This document shows positions 21,305-31,829 of a stretch of 64,000 bases of DNA, piece after piece. The stretch's first letter is position 1, and each line of letters begins with the position of its first letter. The notes below the pieces were generated by a model. It worked only from the letters and a program-made list of their open reading frames with translations, made no database searches and was not told where the DNA came from. Both the position numbers and the translations under genes were made by a program. Origin of the DNA: a virus; IMG/VR virus record IMGVR_UViG_3300008108_000413, positions 2,817 through 66,816 of that record, one strand, 5' to 3'.

Positions 21305-22481
21305 AGACTTGTCCTCCTGGTGTAGTAGTTTTAGCAGCAGGTTTTGTTTCAGTAGCAGGTGTAGTAGGAGTAGGTGTAGTTGAAGCACCTATAGACTTTG
21401 CATAATTATTGTATGCGTTATAAGCATTTACTATTTCTTGCGCACGAACTTCTTTCGATGCAATATTAGTCGGCTGATCAGTTATTCCTAATCCTAATTC
21501 CCTACTTGATTTCCAATCTCCAAATGGAATTACTGCAACATTATAATTTTTAATAGCTGTATTAACAGCATTTTTTAGTGCTGTTAATTTAGCTTGCTCT
21601 GCATCTGTTTTAGCTTTTAGTTTTTCTTTAGCTAAATCCGCTTGCATTTTCTGAATCTGAGCAAGAAAAGGATCTTCTGTCTGAGAACCAGTCTGATACT
21701 TCTTAAGTGATCCACCATATTTTGCCATGTTATCAGGTATTGAATTAAACTCTGGTACAGTCTGAGCATCTGTACCAAGTTCTGATTTCATTTGCTCATC
21801 TCTTTTCTGTTGTTCAGTAATACTATCAAGCTTTCTATTTATTAGATTATTAGTAAAAAACTTAGCAAGACCCATCATGTTTCTAGTAGAATCAGCGTTT
21901 TCTTGATTAAGCTGATTATATCTATCCTCAAACATATCTTGGTTATACATGTTTGGCATAAACATAGACCCTGCTTCTGCACCATATTGTGCAATAAGCT
22001 GAGGCATCATTTCTTGATTCATTTCAAGAGCTTGTTCTGTCTCTTGATCAAGCATAGCTTTATTTACATTCTTTTGAATAGCAGCTAAGAAGTTATCTTT
22101 AATAGTTCCTGTAGCAGCATCAATTCCTCCACCTTGTACTTGGTTACCTTTTTTAGCAAATGCTGGAAAAGCTCCATAGTTAAATGGACTAGAGTTTTGA
22201 CCCATACCACCATCTTCAAAATAACCAAGAGGACCATTAGATGATCCACCATAAGCATAATAAGTTTCTACAGGAATTTGAGCTCCTGCTCCTCTACCTT
22301 GCATACCATAGTTAAAGAACTGATCTGCAGTAGCTTGTCCTGGATAAGGATAAGTAGCACCACCATTAGCATAGTTTCTAGCTTCTGGATATGCTTGGAA
22401 AAAAGATTCTTCTGTTGGGAACATATTGTAAAACTCATCTTCTGAGTTTACACCTGCCATTTTAAGGAATTGAGCTTTCAT
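21297..22481 (-). CDS. Low-complexity putative cargo protein (394 aa)
   Basis: N-terminal MKAQFLKMAGVNSEDEFYNMFPTEESFF, Met/Gln/Gly-rich, about seven xxG(G) motifs. Confidence 0.6.
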   Translation of the reverse strand: MKAQFLKMAGVNSEDEFYNMFPTEESFFQAYPEARNYANGGATYPYPGQATADQFFNYGMQGRGAGAQIPVETYYAYGGSSNGPLGYFEDGGMGQNSSPFNYGAFPAFAKKGNQVQGGGIDAATGTIKDNFLAAIQKNVNKAMLDQETEQALEMNQEMMPQLIAQYGAEAGSMFMPNMYNQDMFEDRYNQLNQENADSTRNMMGLAKFFTNNLINRKLDSITEQQKRDEQMKSELGTDAQTVPEFNSIPDNMAKYGGSLKKYQTGSQTEDPFLAQIQKMQADLAKEKLKAKTDAEQAKLTALKNAVNTAIKNYNVAVIPFGDWKSSRELGLGITDQPTNIASKEVRAQEIVNAYNAYNNYAKSIGASTTPTPTTPATETKPAAKTTTPGGQVYE

Positions 22482-22485
22482 ACTA

Positions 22486-25400
22486 TTAGTATTTGTCTAA
22501 CCAACTGTTAGACTGCGTTTTAACAAAGTTAGGCTTTTGGGTATAATTTACTAATTTTTTACCAGATTTTCTAGTAGATCCTCCTGTTTTCTTTTGCTCT
22601 TGTAATGCTCCTGCTCCTATAGCTGCTGGAGCTAAACCAAAAGCATACTTATTCATATTTATTAAAAACTCTTTTTCTGCTTTTGAACCAGGCTTTATTT
22701 TAGCTAACATTTCTGTAATACCATTATCTATAGACCTATTAGCATAATTTTTACGGATAAGGTTTAAATGTCCTAATGTAAAAATTTGATCATCTCCTAT
22801 ACCAACAGCATTTTTAAATTGACCCATTCTTGCTAAAACTTCATCAGCTTGATGATTTGCCTTATATCCAGGTATAGGTTTATTTGTACCAAATGGTTTT
22901 AATAAGTCATTTTTTACTTCTTTTGATAAAGTACCAGCAAAAATTCCATGATTTTTTTCATGAGCATTTATAATATCTTTACCTAAATTATTTAAAGGGG
23001 CATCAGAAAATACAACACCTTGCCATCCATAGTCACCAAGTCCTAAATTACCAGGTTGCCTACTTAAATTTTTAGATAAATCATATTCTGTAGAACTATG
23101 TATATTTTTTACAAAATCTTCATAGTTTTCAGGTGTTATTCTATTCCCGTAATCTTTTGGTTGCTTCCAAAGTTTGTTTCCTAATAAATCTGTTTTAATA
23201 TAAGGTTCTTCTAAAGGAGCTTGATACTGAAAAAATTTAGTTTTTGTTTCTGGATTTAATAATCTTGATTGTTGAACAAGTACTTGATTTTCTCCATACA
23301 TATTACCTTTAGGTGCAGATAGAGACATAATTTCATCAACATTAGGTGAGCCAGGTAGTTGTTTAGGCGTGTTTACTGGTTTATATCCCCTCCACCAATC
23401 TTTTTGTAATATTCTACCTTCTTCAATTGGTATAGCTCTATCAGCAACTTGACTCCAAGTCTTGCCCCTACCATATCTATTTCTCCAATTAGCAACATCC
23501 CTTGGAACTTCAGCTATAAATTGATCTCCATAAGTTGCAGCTGTTTTAAAATTAGGTGTAAAATAAGGATTAGTTCCAAAACTCTTATTTATTTGTAATT
23601 TTGTTCCTGGATAATATTCTGGTTTAATATTTTGTTTTGATCTAAATAATCGTGAACGAACAGCATCTTCCATACCTTCTTGACCCAACCCTCTCCACAT
23701 AGTATTTTCTGGGAGATTGTATTGATATGCTTTTGGGTTTAATTTCCAAGCATTTTTTAAAGGACCTTGTGTAAGATAATCTCCTACTCTATTAACTCCT
23801 TTTAAAACATCAGCTCCCTCATCTATTAATCCTATACCTAAAAGGTTTAGAGGATCTCCTGCAATTTGCATACCTAAAGGTATTTTATCTGTTTGTTGTC
23901 CAGACACTGCATCACCAAAACTCATTTCAGGATCATATAGTGCCCCCCAAGCTACATTAGTAGGATAGGATAATATATCTAAAGCATTTGCTCCAGAAAT
24001 ATTTTTGCTTTCTTCAGGTGTTAAACCTATAGCTTTATCAAATGGATTTAACCCAGGAATTTGAGGCATATTTAATCTACTAATACCTGCGGCTGTAGTT
24101 TGAAAAATACTAGGTTTAATTTTATTAGCCTTATTAGAGTTATCTATAAAATATCTTTCAGCTGGAGTAAAGCTCTGATTCCAATCTGCTCTTGATTTAT
24201 CTCCTTTAGGTTTATCTTTAAGAATCTTTCCAGCTACATAGTTATTTTTCTTGTCTTCATACATTGATGTAAGCCTTGCATCTCTTTGATTAAGATAATC
24301 TTCATAGCTCACATTTTTCATGTTTTTCATCATCCTATCCCAAGCAGTTTCTTTTTGCTTAGCTTTCCACTCTTCTAGTGTACCTTCTTTCTTTTCAAAA
24401 TCAAGCACATGTTTACCAGAACCTGTTGCTTTATCTGTAACAGTTTGTGTCTGCATTGTAGGAGCTTGATACATAATACCTTCTGGATTATCTTCAGTAG
24501 GTGTTGTTGTATAAGGCTGTAGAACTTTACCAGAATATTTATTCCAATAATCAGAGTATTCCTGAGAATCAAGTCTTACTTGTTTAGGTTTATTATCTTC
24601 TCCTATAATAGTAACCATACTACTAGGTAGATATCCTGGATTATTAGCAATCCATTCTTGAGAAGCTGATGGTTTATTTTGTCCACCATCTTGATAACTA
24701 TCTAACCAACCTGTGTTTCCCCCTGTTTTCTTTTGTTCTGCTGGAGCATTATTATATTCTCTTTCGCTAATCTGATACCACTGTTTTGCTGTTGAATCAT
24801 ATTTCCAATAAAAAGGAGGCAGGTTTGGTGCTTGTGTCTTTTTATATAAAGGTTGAGTTTTAGGTTGCTCTGCAGGTGTAGAAGCTTTAGGTTGTTCTAC
24901 TGGAGCAGGAGTTTGAATAGGCTCAGGTTGTTTTACTGGTTCTGGTGCAGGAGCTGTTCCTACAACTACTGGTTGTACTGGTTTTTTGTAAATCGGAGAC
25001 AATGAATACTTATCTCTATATTCACCAATAGGTTTGATTTTACTATGACCGATATCAGGAGAATCATATAATCCAATTAACGTAGGATAATTAAAAGGAA
25101 GAGATTTATAATACTCAATAATATTTCTATTATTGTGTCCAGGATATGCTGATTCCACTTGACTTGGCGTATCATATGTATCTTTCATAGTTCTCCCTAA
25201 AGAGGGAACATATCTTGGAGTACTTCTTTGTTGAATACCTTGATAATAATTAGGTTTATTATATGTTCTTTGTCCTAAATCACCAGCCTGTTGTCTTTGA
25301 TATTGATAAGCTTTATATAAATTAACACTGTCCGAATACATTTGATATCGAGGATCTGTTACACTATTTACATATATTGGTGTAGGTGACCCACCAGTTT

Positions 25401-25875
25401 GATACTTAGAACTAGGATCATAGAGTCTAGGTCCTTTAGCACCATATAACATATAGTTCCTCTCAAATAGAGGATTCTTTACCATAAGCTTATTAATGCT
25501 AGTCTTTATATTCTTAGATGAAGTTTTCTTAGGTAGTTTAGAATACTTATTTAACCAACCACCTTTCTTAGCTTGAGTAAGTTCTGGTATAGAAGGATCT
25601 CCGCCATATTGCATTTGAGGATATTCAGTAACCGTATCTCCAGGAAATTGATAATCAAGTCCAGGATACATCATCTGTTCATATCCAAGATTATCTACTC
25701 CTAGTACAGGATAAGGTACACCTTGCATAGTAATATTACCTGAAGGAATTTTAGTTACTTCACCTGGATAATCCCATTGACCTCTAGGATCATAGATAAC
25801 ATCTTTTTTGTAAGGATTTTGCTTCTTACCCGGCTTACCTTTTAGGTATTCATTTTTAGGAACCTTGTTGTGCAT
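22486..25875 (-). CDS. Multidomain (polyvalent-type) virion protein, 1129 aa, with ART-like and HExxH zincin-like domains
   Basis: N-terminal ITMQGVPYPVLG..MMYPG module; MWRGLG..PYFTPNFKTAATY; AHEKNHG..ADEVLAR; domains separated by xxGG linkers. Confidence 0.6.
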   Translation of the reverse strand: MHNKVPKNEYLKGKPGKKQNPYKKDVIYDPRGQWDYPGEVTKIPSGNITMQGVPYPVLGVDNLGYEQMMYPGLDYQFPGDTVTEYPQMQYGGDPSIPELTQAKKGGWLNKYSKLPKKTSSKNIKTSINKLMVKNPLFERNYMLYGAKGPRLYDPSSKYQTGGSPTPIYVNSVTDPRYQMYSDSVNLYKAYQYQRQQAGDLGQRTYNKPNYYQGIQQRSTPRYVPSLGRTMKDTYDTPSQVESAYPGHNNRNIIEYYKSLPFNYPTLIGLYDSPDIGHSKIKPIGEYRDKYSLSPIYKKPVQPVVVGTAPAPEPVKQPEPIQTPAPVEQPKASTPAEQPKTQPLYKKTQAPNLPPFYWKYDSTAKQWYQISEREYNNAPAEQKKTGGNTGWLDSYQDGGQNKPSASQEWIANNPGYLPSSMVTIIGEDNKPKQVRLDSQEYSDYWNKYSGKVLQPYTTTPTEDNPEGIMYQAPTMQTQTVTDKATGSGKHVLDFEKKEGTLEEWKAKQKETAWDRMMKNMKNVSYEDYLNQRDARLTSMYEDKKNNYVAGKILKDKPKGDKSRADWNQSFTPAERYFIDNSNKANKIKPSIFQTTAAGISRLNMPQIPGLNPFDKAIGLTPEESKNISGANALDILSYPTNVAWGALYDPEMSFGDAVSGQQTDKIPLGMQIAGDPLNLLGIGLIDEGADVLKGVNRVGDYLTQGPLKNAWKLNPKAYQYNLPENTMWRGLGQEGMEDAVRSRLFRSKQNIKPEYYPGTKLQINKSFGTNPYFTPNFKTAATYGDQFIAEVPRDVANWRNRYGRGKTWSQVADRAIPIEEGRILQKDWWRGYKPVNTPKQLPGSPNVDEIMSLSAPKGNMYGENQVLVQQSRLLNPETKTKFFQYQAPLEEPYIKTDLLGNKLWKQPKDYGNRITPENYEDFVKNIHSSTEYDLSKNLSRQPGNLGLGDYGWQGVVFSDAPLNNLGKDIINAHEKNHGIFAGTLSKEVKNDLLKPFGTNKPIPGYKANHQADEVLARMGQFKNAVGIGDDQIFTLGHLNLIRKNYANRSIDNGITEMLAKIKPGSKAEKEFLINMNKYAFGLAPAAIGAGALQEQKKTGGSTRKSGKKLVNYTQKPNFVKTQSNSWLDKY

Positions 25876-28800
25876 TATCTTGGAGAATAAAGGTTTTTAT
25901 TAGTAGATGTCATTACTAAGAATTTGCTGTCACCACTTACAAGTTTCCTTAAAAGGATACTTGTTGTATAGTGTCTGAATTTCTTTCTCTGTAATGAATT
26001 CTTATTATAGTCCAGATTATTTGGATTAAGTATTCTTACATAACCATTAGGAGCTGTGTTCCAAATAGTTTGCTGAGCATATGATCCCACGTTAGGTGTT
26101 GGAGGTGGATAAGGTGATCCAATTGGGAATTCACCTCTATCTCTTGTAATATCCCAGAATTGATTGAACCTATACTTCTGCTCTACTTTTGAGAAGAGGA
26201 TTTCAATATTGGTAGGATTAATAACAGGATAATTAAGAATAAGAGGAGCATTGTTGCGAGGAGTTAAATTAAGCTTCAACAATCCTGAACACTGTTCTGT
26301 ATTATATACTACAGCCTCATCAAAGTTAGTATCTAACTTATGGAATCTATCATAGCAGTTAGGTGCATATTTATAGACTTCAAGTTGATACTCAACACTT
26401 CTTAAGCTATTTACCTGATTACCAGTGTTTACCATCCACTCAATTTCAAAAGGATAATCTATACCATAATAGTTAGCATAAAGATCACATCTTTCATTAT
26501 GTATCCAAATTGATTTTTTATCATTAGGATTAACAGACATGAAAGTATTCTTACCTGGTAAAGTAAGAGTAGGATGCCAGTCATGGTAGCTTATAAATCC
26601 TTGTGTTTTAGGATCATAACTAACTGTCCATGAAGCATCTTCAAAGTAAAGAGGATCTCCAAGAGTAGCAGTACCTATAGGTAGAGATTCTGATCCAGGT
26701 GCACCTACACTTACTGCAAATTGATCATCTTGTAAATAAGTAAGAGATACATTTGCTGGAAGATCTCTCTTAAGAACATAGTCTTTCTTACAGAAGTAGA
26801 CAATCTGATTTTGGTTATCAAATGTAGATTGACAACCTACTCCAGCAACAGGGTTATTAGTAAGTTCAAAGTTTTGAATATTTATAATATTCTGTTGCAG
26901 AAGTTGATAAGGTAGATATTGAGCAAACCACCACTTTAAATTATCAAGTGATACTTCTTCTACTCCAGAACTTAATCTGAATATCTTACCTTGGTTTTGA
27001 CTAATCCAGTAAAGACCTAGTGCGGTATTAATTACACTAAATGTATCTTGACAAGATCCGTACTCATATGGCGCATCAGTATTTACAATACTCTGAAGAG
27101 GTTGAGAAAATAATCCGCCATCTCCAATAGTAAGCTTTGTACCTAAGTCTGTTTCAAGTTGGTCAGTTCCCTGGAATTGAATAGGACTTGCTGTATCAAA
27201 GAATATCATTGCACCACTCTTATTAACTGACTTTATATTAGTTACATACTGTTTAAAGTCATAATAATTATTAACAAGAAATACTCTCCAGTAATCTTTA
27301 GAGCTCTCAAATTGAGATCGCAAAGAATAGATAACCCTGTTCTTCTGATAGATAAAGCAAGTCTCTGCTAAATAAGGACTATAGTTTCTAGGTTGTACAG
27401 TACCCCAAGAAACAAGATTTGGTAAAGTCTTAGTTACACTTAAAGATTGATCATACTTATAATAGTTACCAGACTTAATAATGTTAGTATCAAATATAGT
27501 CTTAAGATCTGTTATAATAGGATAATGCTTTTGAGAATCCATTTCACCCCAGTCTCTGAAATCTATATTGATCTCAGTCTCTACAAAGAAATCTCTAATA
27601 CCAGAATTAAATAAGTAGAAGTAAGCATTTCTTACTGTAAACCAGAATGAAAAAGCAAAATTATCTAGATTATAAAAATCATTAGGTAATTCCCACTGAC
27701 TTGGTTGAAATGGATTTGATACTAAACTTTCAGTAAAATCACTGGCATCATAAGAGTCAGAGTTTAACCAATAAGTAGGATAAGGTATCATCTTATAATC
27801 ATCGTAGTTAAATTCATAACCATCGGGTTGATTATAAAGCCAGTTATAGAAAAAGAAGAAAGTATTCTTTTCTGTATATCTACCTATATAAATATCTCCA
27901 CCAAATAATACATCAGAGTTTGGTACAGGTTTTCCTACCTTAATTCCTGTAAAACAATTATCTATTGGTACTTGAGATATAGCATCTATTTGACCATACT
28001 GATTTCTAATTCTCTGTTTAAGAGCACTATAATGACAAGATGTTCTAGTTGTAAAAGGAGAATTGTTTGTAGGATCTTTTACATTGTATGCAGAATATCC
28101 TGGTAAACTAGGAACTTGTGTAGCTAATTGTCTTGTGTTATCTCGTATAGAAATATCAGGATCATTAATTAATCTATTAACATTAAGAGCTACATACTTA
28201 TTACGGAATAAGTTATTAATTCTTACTGAAGAAGTAAAGTCTACAAGATCTGGCCCTATATAAGACTCTTCTGTAATTTCTCTTCTTCTACTTGTTGGTA
28301 TAGGAGCTAAGAAATTACTATAGAATCCATGTGAGTTATACTTAAGAGCAAAGTTTCTATACTTACTAAAAGCTTTAATAAGATCAAGTGTTTGATTAAC
28401 ACCTTCTGTCCAATAATAAGAAAAACCTTGTCCTGTCAAAGTTCCAGCTAATCTAAGAGGATATGGTAAAGCAGACCAAGCCGTATCTGTATAATTTATA
28501 TTTCTAGTACCTCCAACAAGTTGAGGTGTAAAACGAGAAGTAGCTGCGGCAATGTCATAAGCAATTAATGCATTATTTGTTTGATTAAGACCTGTAGTTA
28601 ATAAACCTGCAAGCAGTAGTGCAGTACTATTTAAAGCTATATTTGCTCCTGTCGATGCAGTATTTGCAGTAGTAGCTAAAGCTATAGCAGCAGCAAGACT
28701 TACAGGATCTGATGTACCAGCAACAATAGGTCCTGTTGCTTGTACTCTAGGCATTTCTCTACTATAAGTTCTTTGACCATTCATAGCTAACGCAGCTATA

Positions 28801-30734
28801 CCTATACCTGAAAGAGCCGCAGCAAAAAATGCAAAGTTTCTAAGTACTTTAAATTTAGGATGTTCTTCAGACCACTCAAACTCTCCTTGCACAGTACCAT
28901 AATACTGACTATATAACTTAAGCTCGTTATTACCTATAAAAGGTCTTACAAAAGTTGTATCAGGAGAATGGAAAGAAAAAAGAGTTTGTGAATATTCAAA
29001 TTGCTGAGCAGGTGGATTTCTATCTCTTGATACAGTTTGACCTATTATATTAGTAATAGGGTTACCATTATTATCTACGGGAGCTTTGATATTTTCAAAT
29101 TTAACTCCCATAATTCTGATATTTCCTCCACCCGCTGAATAGTGGTGAGCATCTACCCCTGGTACAATATTATCAGGGAACTTATGATGTCTTATTTTTT
29201 CACCACAAAGATCATAGTCTGCTATACCAGTACCTGTATAAGGTATACTGTTTAATTGTGACCAAGGATGTGCTGAAGCATTCCATACTTCAGGTTTATC
29301 ATTAGGATAATATTCTGTAGATTCCCAATAACCCATTGTACCTTCAGAAATAATAGTTCCACCATCACCTGTAGGTGTAGATACAGGAACTCCTTCTGCA
29401 GTATTTACTGTTTCAAATAGCAAGGTATCTCCTGCTAAAGAGTTATTAGGATCAAAATAAGGTGCTGTATCTATAAGACCAAGAGGCGGATATATTCTTG
29501 CAGGTCTTCCAGGAATATGATATGATTTAGATTTATCACCTGTATCATATATCCAGCGAATAAAGAATGCATATACTTCATCACGCATATATCCTGTATT
29601 AGTACCACCTCTTTGATAATAATAAGAAGGATATTCTACAGCTTGCCACTTAGTAACTATTTGGTTAGCTAAAGGTTGATAGTTAAAATCGAACTTTGTA
29701 GTAGGCGCTACTCTAATAAGATAATCACTTACAGTATACATAGCATCTGTCTTATCATAGACAGGTGTACGCAAAGGAATAAGTTCAATAGGTACTGTAA
29801 TTAATGCAGGATCTATTGTATCTAAAGTAACTTTATCTTGAGTAATATTATATATACCTATTCTTTTAGCTACTGTTTGTTGATTAATAAGAGATACAAT
29901 AACAAGTTCAAACTCATCAAAAGTAGTATCAGCATTTGAAATAATAACATCTATAGCACCTGCTATGTTATCATGATCAAATAATGGTTGTACATTAGAA
30001 GGAGTAAAATAATCTGTAACCTTTTGTCCATCTAAACAATAAGCAATTACAGCAAAGTAAGATCCATTTGCTAAAGTACCAGATGCATTGCTTTTTTGTA
30101 CACTAACACAAGGTGTTTGTACATAAGGTGCAAGTCTTAATTTATCACAATCAATCTGCGGAGTATTTGTACAAAAGATACAACCCTGGGGATATAATGG
30201 ATCATCAGGTGTATTACCATTCTCATCTACACAATCTTGTACCCAAGGTACTGGACTATCTGGATTTGTGTACAGATTAGCTTGAAAATCACTAGTATTA
30301 AGTGTTATAAATCTTGAAGGATTATTTCCATCATCCCAATAAACTCTCCAATTACAATTACTGGTAGCTCTGGATACACCTCTTATAAGATGAAACTTAC
30401 TAAAGTTAAGACATGTAGCATTAGCTATAGCTAAATACGTACAAGTACCTTCTTTAAATAATCCTATCTCAGAATTAGTTTCATCTGTAGAAAACAAAAC
30501 CCAAACATCAGCTTCTGTATGTATAGCTCCAACAATAGTATAAGTTGCTTCAGTACAATACTGGTTTCCAGGTTCATTACCTAGTTTACCAAGATCACCT
30601 GTCTTAGAGTTGTTAATAGCATTTCTTGCTTGAGTCCATGTACTCTCATCTAAGTGAAAATCATTTATATCTTCACTTAGTTCTTTATCAAACCTTCTAA
30701 GATTATCAGAACTAGTTGGATTATATTTTGCCAT
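25875..30734 (-). CDS. Tail stabilization / muzzle protein (crAss Tstab, P22 gp10-like), 1619 aa
   Basis: GYMRDEVYAFFIRW, IRHHKFP, FSFHSPD and SWTVSYD..FISYHDWHP segments; located right after the ring/tubular gene. Confidence 0.75.
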   Translation of the reverse strand: MAKYNPTSSDNLRRFDKELSEDINDFHLDESTWTQARNAINNSKTGDLGKLGNEPGNQYCTEATYTIVGAIHTEADVWVLFSTDETNSEIGLFKEGTCTYLAIANATCLNFSKFHLIRGVSRATSNCNWRVYWDDGNNPSRFITLNTSDFQANLYTNPDSPVPWVQDCVDENGNTPDDPLYPQGCIFCTNTPQIDCDKLRLAPYVQTPCVSVQKSNASGTLANGSYFAVIAYCLDGQKVTDYFTPSNVQPLFDHDNIAGAIDVIISNADTTFDEFELVIVSLINQQTVAKRIGIYNITQDKVTLDTIDPALITVPIELIPLRTPVYDKTDAMYTVSDYLIRVAPTTKFDFNYQPLANQIVTKWQAVEYPSYYYQRGGTNTGYMRDEVYAFFIRWIYDTGDKSKSYHIPGRPARIYPPLGLIDTAPYFDPNNSLAGDTLLFETVNTAEGVPVSTPTGDGGTIISEGTMGYWESTEYYPNDKPEVWNASAHPWSQLNSIPYTGTGIADYDLCGEKIRHHKFPDNIVPGVDAHHYSAGGGNIRIMGVKFENIKAPVDNNGNPITNIIGQTVSRDRNPPAQQFEYSQTLFSFHSPDTTFVRPFIGNNELKLYSQYYGTVQGEFEWSEEHPKFKVLRNFAFFAAALSGIGIAALAMNGQRTYSREMPRVQATGPIVAGTSDPVSLAAAIALATTANTASTGANIALNSTALLLAGLLTTGLNQTNNALIAYDIAAATSRFTPQLVGGTRNINYTDTAWSALPYPLRLAGTLTGQGFSYYWTEGVNQTLDLIKAFSKYRNFALKYNSHGFYSNFLAPIPTSRRREITEESYIGPDLVDFTSSVRINNLFRNKYVALNVNRLINDPDISIRDNTRQLATQVPSLPGYSAYNVKDPTNNSPFTTRTSCHYSALKQRIRNQYGQIDAISQVPIDNCFTGIKVGKPVPNSDVLFGGDIYIGRYTEKNTFFFFYNWLYNQPDGYEFNYDDYKMIPYPTYWLNSDSYDASDFTESLVSNPFQPSQWELPNDFYNLDNFAFSFWFTVRNAYFYLFNSGIRDFFVETEINIDFRDWGEMDSQKHYPIITDLKTIFDTNIIKSGNYYKYDQSLSVTKTLPNLVSWGTVQPRNYSPYLAETCFIYQKNRVIYSLRSQFESSKDYWRVFLVNNYYDFKQYVTNIKSVNKSGAMIFFDTASPIQFQGTDQLETDLGTKLTIGDGGLFSQPLQSIVNTDAPYEYGSCQDTFSVINTALGLYWISQNQGKIFRLSSGVEEVSLDNLKWWFAQYLPYQLLQQNIINIQNFELTNNPVAGVGCQSTFDNQNQIVYFCKKDYVLKRDLPANVSLTYLQDDQFAVSVGAPGSESLPIGTATLGDPLYFEDASWTVSYDPKTQGFISYHDWHPTLTLPGKNTFMSVNPNDKKSIWIHNERCDLYANYYGIDYPFEIEWMVNTGNQVNSLRSVEYQLEVYKYAPNCYDRFHKLDTNFDEAVVYNTEQCSGLLKLNLTPRNNAPLILNYPVINPTNIEILFSKVEQKYRFNQFWDITRDRGEFPIGSPYPPPTPNVGSYAQQTIWNTAPNGYVRILNPNNLDYNKNSLQRKKFRHYTTSILLRKLVSGDSKFLVMTSTNKNLYSPR

Positions 30735-31825
30735 TAGTATCTAGTATATGAATTAGGATACTGTTGATTGTTTACTACACCCTGGTTCCATGGATATGAC
30801 TTAAACATATCATAGTACTTCCAGTATTGCGCTTTTCTATTCATTTCCCACAACTGTTTCATTTCTGAGAAGTTAGGTGTATTAACTATAGAAAGAGCAT
30901 TATTTCTTGCAGCTCTAAGTCTTTGTTCTACAATCTGTAATTTATTTGCAGCTGTAGGATCATCATTCATAATTAGGTTTTCAAGGATACGCTGCTTAAC
31001 TGCATACTCATAGTATTCATTAAGCATATCATGATCAGGTACCAAAAGGTTACCATTCTCATCATCAAGCATTCCTTGATAGTTAATATAGATAGTGCCA
31101 CAATCAAAATTTGTATAGAGCCAACCATCTTTAATCCAAGCAGTTGTGCCTACATTCCAATAAAGATTAGGACAATCACAATCTATGCTTTGTGGATTTT
31201 GTAAGATTCTAATAGGCCACTGTCTTCTGTAAACTCGCTGAGTAGATTTAACTATCTGAACAAGTTCATAAGAATCTCCTTTACAGTTTGTAAATACTTT
31301 AGGTGTCTGACAATAGCTACCATAAGGATTAGCAGCACTATATGGAGGTACATTAATTACTCTATTAGCACATCCACATGGACTTGTATTACAAGTATTA
31401 CAGGTTTGACAAGATGCTGTATTTTGACAACCACATGGTGTATTATTACATACCTGACAATTAACAGTAGATGCTACACAAGTATCTATGTTTGTACTAG
31501 TCTGCTGGTAAGGAGTAACTAGAGGTCTTTCTTCAATCCATGTACCCTGATTTACAGGCTCATGAATAACCAGATCATCACAAATAAGTGCAAAGTTTAA
31601 AACAAAGAAATCATCAGGAAGCTTAACTCGACTCTTCTCTACTTCAAGAATTGCTTCTTTAGTTTTAAAGATTCTTAAGCCAAGATCATAATTGACTCTC
31701 TTAGCAACTTTAATAAGCTGCTGAGGTTCAATAAAGTTCTCAAGAAGCAAGTTCTGAAAATCAACCTGAACATCTCCAAGAAGTTGTTCAAAGGTTCTGT
31801 AGCGGAGTGTATAATTATACGACAT
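30734..31825 (-). CDS. Tail tubular/ring protein (crAss Ttub-like) with Cys-rich insertion
   Basis: VKLPDDF..., WLYTNFDCGTIYINYQG..DENGNLLVPD; gene order IHF - ring - ring - muzzle. Confidence 0.7.
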   Translation of the reverse strand: MSYNYTLRYRTFEQLLGDVQVDFQNLLLENFIEPQQLIKVAKRVNYDLGLRIFKTKEAILEVEKSRVKLPDDFFVLNFALICDDLVIHEPVNQGTWIEERPLVTPYQQTSTNIDTCVASTVNCQVCNNTPCGCQNTASCQTCNTCNTSPCGCANRVINVPPYSAANPYGSYCQTPKVFTNCKGDSYELVQIVKSTQRVYRRQWPIRILQNPQSIDCDCPNLYWNVGTTAWIKDGWLYTNFDCGTIYINYQGMLDDENGNLLVPDHDMLNEYYEYAVKQRILENLIMNDDPTAANKLQIVEQRLRAARNNALSIVNTPNFSEMKQLWEMNRKAQYWKYYDMFKSYPWNQGVVNNQQYPNSYTRY

Positions 31826-31829
31826 TGTC

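Noticed and set aside
21305-21388. Leu/His-rich N-terminus MLQLHLLLLHLLL as a signal peptide
   Set aside because: It is an alternate-frame reading of the upstream gene's Thr-Pro repeat; ATG 21304 is the plausible start.
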